Origin: an uncultured Roseburia sp.
GTDB taxonomy: Bacteria > Bacillota > Clostridia > Lachnospirales > Lachnospiraceae
DNA: 64,000 nt
Reading direction: 5' to 3'
NCBI GenBank assembly: GCA_964387365.1
Contig: CAYLWP010000001.1
Coordinates: 11,595-75,594, forward strand
The notes under the pieces were generated by a model. It did not search any database. It was not told where the DNA came from and saw nothing but the letters and a program-made list of their open reading frames with translations. A program made the translations under genes and the position numbers. Of the stretch, positions 57,468-64,000 are shown in pieces (positions within the stretch are counted from its first letter, which is position 1; every line of letters begins with the position of its first letter).

Positions 57468-58502
57468 ATGTCGGATAAACCGATTATAGCAACTGAATTA
57501 TTAAAGGGACAGGGACTGGGAAATCAGTTGTTCTGTTATATTGCAATCAGATGTCTGGCATTGGAAAAGGGCTGGAATTTCAGTATTTTAAATCGTGAAA
57601 TCCTTGCTAACAATATCCACAGTAATAAGGGTATGTATTTTATGGACTTGGACTGTGGATTAGAGCTTGCAAAAGGTGATTTTAAGAATATCTATCACGA
57701 AAAAGAAGATAGAATCTACCTTGGTAATTCGAGTCATGATATAGAGCATGGCTGCTATATTACAGGAGCAGATGAGAAGCTTTTTGAACTTAATGAAACA
57801 ACGCTTGTATATGGTAATCTTCAGGATGAATCTTACTTTGGCAAGTATAGAGAGCAGATTAAGGAATGGATGAAGGTGAAACCGGAATATGACAATTATG
57901 AGTATTCCAGAGAGAATCTTTGTATTATCAATATCCGTGGTGGCGAGTATACCGGCAATCCGGAGTTGTTTTTGAGAAGAAAATACTGGATGGATGCCAT
58001 GAAGGTCATGAAGGCTAAGCGTTCTGACATGGAATTTATGGTAGTGACAGATGATGTCGAGGCAGCAAGAAGGATTCTGCCGGAGGTGCCGGCTTTCCAT
58101 TTTGACCTTGCCGGTGATTATACAGTGATTAAAAATGCACATTATCTTATTTTATCCAATTCAACCTTTGCGTTCTTTCCGGCATTTACCAGTGAGACTG
58201 TGAAGTATGTCATTGCGCCGAAATATTGGGCAAGACATAATGTATCGGATGGGTATTGGGCATCGGAGCAGAATATTTACTCCTGTTTTATGTATATGGA
58301 CAGAAAGGGTAAGCTTTTTACCGCAGAGGAATGTCGTAGAGAGTTAGAGGAATATAAGAAGAATTCCAAGAAATATAAAGAGATTGGTAAGAAGTTGCAG
58401 GGAGTGCAGTTAACAACGGCAAAGCTTCATGCAAAATCCCTGATTTACAAGGATTTGTTTGTCAGAATGTTACGTTCTTTGAAACGTAGAATGGGAATGT
58501 AA
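57468..58502 (+). CDS. GT11-like glycosyltransferase
   Basis: GQGLGNQLFCY, YGNLQDESYF, INIRGGEY, VVTDD, LSNSTFAFF, IAPKYW. Confidence 0.75.
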   Translation: MSDKPIIATELLKGQGLGNQLFCYIAIRCLALEKGWNFSILNREILANNIHSNKGMYFMDLDCGLELAKGDFKNIYHEKEDRIYLGNSSHDIEHGCYITGADEKLFELNETTLVYGNLQDESYFGKYREQIKEWMKVKPEYDNYEYSRENLCIINIRGGEYTGNPELFLRRKYWMDAMKVMKAKRSDMEFMVVTDDVEAARRILPEVPAFHFDLAGDYTVIKNAHYLILSNSTFAFFPAFTSETVKYVIAPKYWARHNVSDGYWASEQNIYSCFMYMDRKGKLFTAEECRRELEEYKKNSKKYKEIGKKLQGVQLTTAKLHAKSLIYKDLFVRMLRSLKRRMGM

Positions 58503-58520
58503 AGGGAGGAGACACAGAGT

Positions 58521-60095
58521 ATGGGAGTCTATTTGAATCCAACGACGAAAGGTTTTCAAGACAGCTTAAATTCGGAAATCTATGTTGATAAGACAGGTCT
58601 GATTGAACAGTTGAATCGTCTGATTAATACAGAACAAAAATATGTCTGTGTCAGCAGACCGAGAAGATTTGGTAAGTCCATGGCAATAAAGATGTTGTCG
58701 GCGTATTATAACGCAGATAGTGATTCGGATGAGTTATTTAAAAATTTTGCAATCGCTCAGGCAGAAAGTTACAAGAAGCATATGAACCAATACGATGTAA
58801 TTCGTATTAACATGACAGAGTTTTTAAGTGATACGAAGAGTGTTGATGAGATGATTGCATTAATTGAAGAGTCCATACTCTGGGAATTGTTGAAACGGTA
58901 TTCGGATATACGCTTTTTTAACTCAAAGAGCCTAAACAGAACTATGGCCGATATATACCAGAGTTCGAATACGTCCTTTATAATATTAGTGGATGAGTGG
59001 GACTGTATTTTCCGTGAATATAAGGACAAAAAAGAAGAGCAGGAGAAGTATCTTGATTTTCTTCGGAATTGGCTCAAGGATAAGGAATATATCGCTCTTG
59101 CATATATGACGGGTATATTACCAATTAAGAAATATGGGACACATTCTGCCTTGAATATGTTTACGGAATATTCCATGACCAATGCAGGACAGCTTGCCGG
59201 ATATTTTGGCTTTATTGAGGATGAAGTGAGACAGTTATGCAAACGTTATCATATGAGCTTTGAAGAGACAAAGACATGGTATGATGGATATAATCTTGGT
59301 AAAGCACCATCTATTTACAATCCGAGGTCTGTGGTCGGAGCTATGCTTGCCAATTCCTTTGATACCTATTGGAATCAGACAGAGACATTTGATGCATTAC
59401 GAACATATATTGATATGAATTATGATGGGTTAAAAGATGCCATTATCAGAATGCTGGCAGGAGAGCGTGTGCAGATTGATGTAAGAAGCTTTGTCAATGA
59501 TATGACTACATTTCATAACTATGAGGATGTCTTGACTCTGCTTGTACATTTAGGCTATCTGGCATACAATAGGGAATGCGAAGAGGTCTACATTCCAAAC
59601 AAAGAGATTTCAAAGGAATTTATTACGGCGATTAAGAATACATCATGGGGGGAAATTATAAGGTCTGTAAAAGCTTCGGAAACGTTGTTGAAAAATGTGT
59701 GGGCGATGAATGCAGATGCGGTTGCTGAGGGTGTGGAAAAGGCACATTATGAGACATCTGTATTAACATATAATGATGAGAATGCGCTGAGTTACACAAT
59801 TTCATTGGCTTTTTATGCAGCAAGGGAGTATTACTCCGTATTTCGTGAGCTTCCTACCGGAAAGGGATTTGCAGACATGGTATTTATCCCAAAGGCAACT
59901 GCGACAGATAAACCTGCAATGGTAATTGAGTTAAAGTATGATAAAAGTACTCAGGGAGCGATTGCACAGATAAAAGAGAAGAAATATGCGGAGAGCTTAT
60001 CAGCATATAAGGGCAACTTACTTTTAGTGGGTATTAATTATGATAGAGAAGCAAAGAAGCATGAGTGTGTTATCGAACAGCTGGATATCGAATAG
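58521..60095 (+). CDS. AAA-ATPase-like + C-terminal PD-(D/E)XK nuclease-domain protein
   Basis: YVDKT, Walker A RPRRFGKS, Walker B LVDEWD, WYDGY, YNPRSV, IPNKEI; C-terminal RELPTGKGFADMVF...IELK...AIAQIKEKKY. Confidence 0.9.
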   Translation: MGVYLNPTTKGFQDSLNSEIYVDKTGLIEQLNRLINTEQKYVCVSRPRRFGKSMAIKMLSAYYNADSDSDELFKNFAIAQAESYKKHMNQYDVIRINMTEFLSDTKSVDEMIALIEESILWELLKRYSDIRFFNSKSLNRTMADIYQSSNTSFIILVDEWDCIFREYKDKKEEQEKYLDFLRNWLKDKEYIALAYMTGILPIKKYGTHSALNMFTEYSMTNAGQLAGYFGFIEDEVRQLCKRYHMSFEETKTWYDGYNLGKAPSIYNPRSVVGAMLANSFDTYWNQTETFDALRTYIDMNYDGLKDAIIRMLAGERVQIDVRSFVNDMTTFHNYEDVLTLLVHLGYLAYNRECEEVYIPNKEISKEFITAIKNTSWGEIIRSVKASETLLKNVWAMNADAVAEGVEKAHYETSVLTYNDENALSYTISLAFYAAREYYSVFRELPTGKGFADMVFIPKATATDKPAMVIELKYDKSTQGAIAQIKEKKYAESLSAYKGNLLLVGINYDREAKKHECVIEQLDIE

Positions 60096-60125
60096 CGATA
60101 AGTAATCGAGGAACGAAAAGTAAAA

Positions 60126-60884
60126 ATGAAAAATAGCAAAGAAAAACTACAGTTACCACAGGTAACGTTAGTTGCCATGACAAGCGTGAATATAACGGCA
60201 ACCCTTAAGGCAATGCAATACAGTATGCGTGGCATTGATTTTGGTGATGCAGTACTTATAACACATAAGAAACCTTGGGGATTGCCGAAATCCATCCGTT
60301 ACAGCCATACAAGCAAGCTGACGAACATAGATGATTTTAATTACAAAATGGTATATGAGCTTGGTGAACATATCAAGACAGACTTTGCGTTAATTGTTCA
60401 TGCGGATGGTTTCGTAGTACATCCGGAGATGTGGCGTGATGAGTTTTTGGATTATGATTATATTGGCGCACCGTGGCCATTACCCAAGGAAGGTGACACA
60501 ACAACATATCGTGATATTCATGGCAATATATGTCGTGTTGGCAATAGTGCAGGAATCCGTAGCAAGCGTCTGATGGACTTCCCCAAGAAAGCCAATGTTC
60601 CTTGGGAGGGAGAGTATGCCTATGGGAGAATGTGGTTCTATGAGGATGGTTTTATCTGTTGTAAGATAAGACATCTCTTAGAAGCAGAGGGAATGAGAAT
60701 TGCACCTCTTGACGTTGCAAAGTATTACAGTCATGAGCATATGATACCGGAAGTGCAGGGAATTACCCCCTTTGCATTCCATAAGTGGGCAGGTACAAAT
60801 GCGCAGTATCCGAACTTTATAAAGCCAACCATAAAAGAGAGAGCAAAGAGTGTAGCGAGAAAGATACTAAAAAGAAATTCATAG
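60126..60884 (+). CDS. DUF5672-like putative glycosyltransferase
   Basis: TDFALIVHADGF, FLDYDYIGAPW, VGN, EDGFIC, PFAFH. Confidence 0.7.
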   Translation: MKNSKEKLQLPQVTLVAMTSVNITATLKAMQYSMRGIDFGDAVLITHKKPWGLPKSIRYSHTSKLTNIDDFNYKMVYELGEHIKTDFALIVHADGFVVHPEMWRDEFLDYDYIGAPWPLPKEGDTTTYRDIHGNICRVGNSAGIRSKRLMDFPKKANVPWEGEYAYGRMWFYEDGFICCKIRHLLEAEGMRIAPLDVAKYYSHEHMIPEVQGITPFAFHKWAGTNAQYPNFIKPTIKERAKSVARKILKRNS

Positions 60885-60899
60885 AAAGGAAGTCAGTGC

Positions 60900-61901
60900 A
60901 TGGAGAAAAGGTTTAACATCACAGGCTGTTGTTATCCGGATAAGCATTACATGGTATACGATTGTTTTCAATTTTTTAATGAACTGGATATGCTGAAGAT
61001 TAGACTCAATGTGATGAGTCCGATTGTTGATAAATTCGTAATCAGTGAGGCAACAGAGACCTTCTCAGGACTTAAAAAGCCCTTGTATTATGAAGAGAAT
61101 AAGGAAATGTTTGCCGAGTTTGCGGACAAGATTATTCATGTGGTGGTTGATGATACACCTGCCGGAGATACGCATGACAGAGATACCTTCCAGAAGAATG
61201 CAGTAACCAGAGGATTAAAGGACTGCACAGACGAGGATATCATCATCTTCAGTGATCTGGATGAGATTCCTAATCCAGAGAAGATTAAGGAGATCTTGAA
61301 GGATTTCCAAGAAGATAAGATTTACCACTTTGCACAGAGACTCTTCTACTGTTATCTGAATATGGAAGAGGTATCAGGTAATCTGTTATCGTATGCAGGA
61401 GAGTTTGAGGGCGTAGAACGCAAGAAGTGGATTGGTTCCAAGATGTGTAGCTATAAGCTGCTTCGCGAGCAGAATTTACAATTGGGAGAGCTTCGTTTTC
61501 CAGAGCGTAAGGAGGTCGGTATCCGTGTAGAGGATGGCGGCTGGCACTTTGGCTACATGGGCGGACACGGAGAGAAGGACATCAAAAAGCGTGTGAAGGA
61601 GAAGGTAATCTCAGCAGCGCATCAGGAATATAATTCGAAGCATGTCTTAAATCAGGTAACAGACCAGATCAAGGACGGTAAGGATATCTTCGGAAGAGAT
61701 GCGAAGTTTATCCGTTGTGAGATTGATGAGACCTTCCCGGTATATATCAGAGAGCATCAGAAAGAGCTTGCCTTCCTCATTATGCAGGAGGAGAAGCCTG
61801 CAGTAAAGGTACTGAGACGTATCAAGGTGGGATGTAAGAATACCTGTTATGGATTTGCGGTAGCATGTAAGAGAATGCTTCTCAAGATACTCGGAAGATA
61901 A
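60900..61901 (+). CDS. GT17 (MGAT3-like beta-1,4-GlcNAc transferase) carrying a foreign 17-aa N-terminal extension
   Basis: From Met18: YDCFQFFNELDML, VDKFVISEATETFSG..KPL, QKNA, IFSDLDEIP, GGWHF. The first 17 aa resemble an AAA-ATPase N-terminus. Confidence 0.82.
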   Translation: MEKRFNITGCCYPDKHYMVYDCFQFFNELDMLKIRLNVMSPIVDKFVISEATETFSGLKKPLYYEENKEMFAEFADKIIHVVVDDTPAGDTHDRDTFQKNAVTRGLKDCTDEDIIIFSDLDEIPNPEKIKEILKDFQEDKIYHFAQRLFYCYLNMEEVSGNLLSYAGEFEGVERKKWIGSKMCSYKLLREQNLQLGELRFPERKEVGIRVEDGGWHFGYMGGHGEKDIKKRVKEKVISAAHQEYNSKHVLNQVTDQIKDGKDIFGRDAKFIRCEIDETFPVYIREHQKELAFLIMQEEKPAVKVLRRIKVGCKNTCYGFAVACKRMLLKILGR

Positions 61902-61945
61902 AATAACAAAATAAAACAGTAAGTAACTAAACGGAGATAGATGAT

Positions 61946-62881
61946 ATGCCAAAGGTATCAATTTGTATTCCGACATACAACAATGTGGACGAAGTCAAGC
62001 GTCTGTTGGAATCCATATATGAGCAGGAATATACAGATTTTGAAGTAAATATATCGGATGATTCTACCAATGATGAGATTGCGGTAGCGGTAGAGGATTA
62101 CCGGCAGCAGCATGGGGAAGAGCAAATCCGGTATATCCATAATGAAAAGCCATTGGGGCATATCTTTAACTGGAATGCAGCGATTGAGATGGCGACAGGG
62201 CAGTATATCAAAATCATGTTTAGTGATGATTGGTTTACATTTGAGGATAGTTTGGGAAAGTTTGTGGATATGTTGGAAAGGAATCCACAGGCTGACATAG
62301 CTTTTTGTGGAAGCAGGCAGGTAATGCTGGAGGACGATGTGCATAAGGTCAAACATGCCTCTATAAAATACAAGGAGAAGTCTTATGATAGACATGCAGA
62401 AATTACATTTATAGAAAAGCTTGAGACAGATTATCGTCACCTGTTTCTGGGTAATCAGATAGGATGTCCAAGTGCAGTTATCTATAGGAGAAAAGAAAAG
62501 CAGTTTTTATTTGACGAAGAGAGTAATTGGGCTTCTGATATGTTTCTGTATTTTGATATTTTGCAGGACAATCCTCAATTTTCTTATACGATGGAGCCTT
62601 TAGTGTCTATTGGTATGCATGAACACCAATATACAGAGACTTTTTCAAAGCATGATGAGAGAGTCTATACAGATTATAGATATTTATATACCAAGTATAA
62701 TCTTAGCAAAAGCAAGGAGTGTAGAGATTATTTTGTGGACGAATTTGTAGTGGAGTATAAGCAGGGATTAAAGGAAGTGAAGGCACTTAATATTAATCTA
62801 CTTTTGTATGTGAAATGGATTGTCATACATTTGTATAGATCAATATGCTGCTTCTTAAGAAATAGATTTATCAGAAAATGA
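61946..62881 (+). CDS. GT2 glycosyltransferase
   Basis: VSICIPTYN, ISDDSTN, NWN, IMFSDDW, NQIGCPSAV. Confidence 0.9.
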   Translation: MPKVSICIPTYNNVDEVKRLLESIYEQEYTDFEVNISDDSTNDEIAVAVEDYRQQHGEEQIRYIHNEKPLGHIFNWNAAIEMATGQYIKIMFSDDWFTFEDSLGKFVDMLERNPQADIAFCGSRQVMLEDDVHKVKHASIKYKEKSYDRHAEITFIEKLETDYRHLFLGNQIGCPSAVIYRRKEKQFLFDEESNWASDMFLYFDILQDNPQFSYTMEPLVSIGMHEHQYTETFSKHDERVYTDYRYLYTKYNLSKSKECRDYFVDEFVVEYKQGLKEVKALNINLLLYVKWIVIHLYRSICCFLRNRFIRK

Positions 62882-62893
62882 GGTCAAATCAGA

Positions 62894-64000
62894 ATGAACA
62901 AAAAAGAAGTAGAATGTAATAGAATTTGTGAAGGTATTTTTTATTTGGCAATTTGTTTAGAGACTCTGTTTGTTTTGCTGGATAAGAGTAGTTACATAAT
63001 ACAGCATGAAACATGGTGCTTTCGATTTACTTTTTTGCTTTTTAGTGCTAAAATTGCACTGACAAAGTATTCCGCAAAAGAATGGATTTGTATGGTTTCA
63101 TTCATTCTTTTAGGAGTCATATCATGGTGTTATACTGATCGTGAAGAAATTGTACGAATTGTGGCATTAGTAGCTGCATGTAAAGGGATGGATAGAAGGA
63201 ACATTATTAAGCTTGTTCTATATGAAACCTTAATAGGATCTGCCATTATAGTGGCATTAGCTTTTTTTGGCATTTATGGTGCAGTTTCTGTAGAAGGACT
63301 TTTCAGAGGCGGTGGTGTTATTACGACAAGATACTGTTTTGGAATGGGGCATCCGAATGCTTTTCACTGCATGTTGCTGATGGTAATGTTACTATTCTTG
63401 GCATTATATGAGAAACAAATGAAATGGTATGGTTATGTATTGGCCTTTTTTGTGAATATAGGATTGGGATATTATACAGAGTCTAGAACTGGTGTGTTGG
63501 TTGCAACTGCTATGATTGTGTTTGCGGTTATTTTACATTATGGTAAAAATGTAAGAGGTAAAAAAACTATTTATGTATTAGCGGAAATATGTATTCTGAT
63601 GTGTGTGATGGTGTCTGTTTTTACAGCTAAAGTAGGGGTGGGGCATCCGGTTTTACTTCGAATTGATAGAACGCTGAATGGTAGATTACAATGGGCGGGA
63701 TCGGACGGAGCGATTAGGTATTGGAGTTTATTCTCCAATGAGCTAAATCAGAATTACTTTGATATGGGATATGTTAGATTGTTTTATTGGTATGGAATTA
63801 TACCGGCTCTAATTTTTCTGGCTGTGATTGCGATAACAGTTTGGAAGTGTAGGGAATTGAAAGCATATGATGTGTTTTTGATTTTGATGACGTTTGTAGC
63901 ATACTCATTAATTGAGGCGCATGCGGTATCCACATATATTGGTAGAAATTATATGCTATTTTGCATAGGTACGATATTACCTGCGATTATGAATGGAACT
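62894..64000 (+). CDS. Wzy/O-antigen-polymerase-like membrane protein, 3'-truncated by the window edge (absent from the ORF track)
   Basis: Open frame from ATG 62894: MNKKEVECNRICEGIFYLAI..., with RYCFGMGHPN, TESRTG, LNGRL, DMGYVRLFYWYG motifs; AT-rich and multi-TM. Confidence 0.75.
   Translation, partial: MNKKEVECNRICEGIFYLAICLETLFVLLDKSSYIIQHETWCFRFTFLLFSAKIALTKYSAKEWICMVSFILLGVISWCYTDREEIVRIVALVAACKGMDRRNIIKLVLYETLIGSAIIVALAFFGIYGAVSVEGLFRGGGVITTRYCFGMGHPNAFHCMLLMVMLLFLALYEKQMKWYGYVLAFFVNIGLGYYTESRTGVLVATAMIVFAVILHYGKNVRGKKTIYVLAEICILMCVMVSVFTAKVGVGHPVLLRIDRTLNGRLQWAGSDGAIRYWSLFSNELNQNYFDMGYVRLFYWYGIIPALIFLAVIAITVWKCRELKAYDVFLILMTFVAYSLIEAHAVSTYIGRNYMLFCIGTILPAIMNGT

Noticed and set aside
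1-64000. CRISPR arrays, IS/transposases, integrases, invertible promoters, rRNA/tRNA
   Set aside because: No regularly spaced repeats, DDE/HUH/recombinase ORFs, promoter-flanking inverted repeats or RNA-gene signatures were found by eye.

Overview
The whole 64 kb is one co-oriented (+ strand) surface-glycan mega-locus from a low-GC Gram-positive anaerobe. A Lachnospiraceae-like host is inferred from the Spo0A-type C-terminal domain, sigma-A promoters and codon style. About 50 genes fall into modules: (1) an EPS/capsule-like core with a priming transferase, Wzz-like protein, EpsG/Wzy, GT2/GT4s, a sialyltransferase-like GT and a PglK-like ABC flippase; (2) a pseudaminic acid pathway pseB-C-F-I-G in which PseI carries a fused N-formyltransferase and no free pseH is present; (3) a wecE + GNAT::ArnC/GtrB-fusion + two GT-C-like membrane protein cassette; (4) an O-antigen-ligase/O-OST-like gene heading pglF/E/C/A-like genes, with an ATP-grasp enzyme where PglD would be; (5) uronic acid and amidation genes (wbpO/wbpP-like, two asnB-like, TupA-like ATP-grasp); (6) GT11/GT17/MBOAT genes with a second ABC flippase, an AAA-PD(D/E)XK gene and a truncated Wzy-like gene. 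The most unusual non-coding signal is a 272-bp rod-like inverted-repeat element with a three-hairpin apex (20765-21036). Around it, the locus-wide G/T-rich strand bias flips to C/A-rich at synonymous sites of both flanking genes. No rRNA, tRNA, CRISPR array or transposase was seen. All calls come from reading motifs by eye; no database searches were run.
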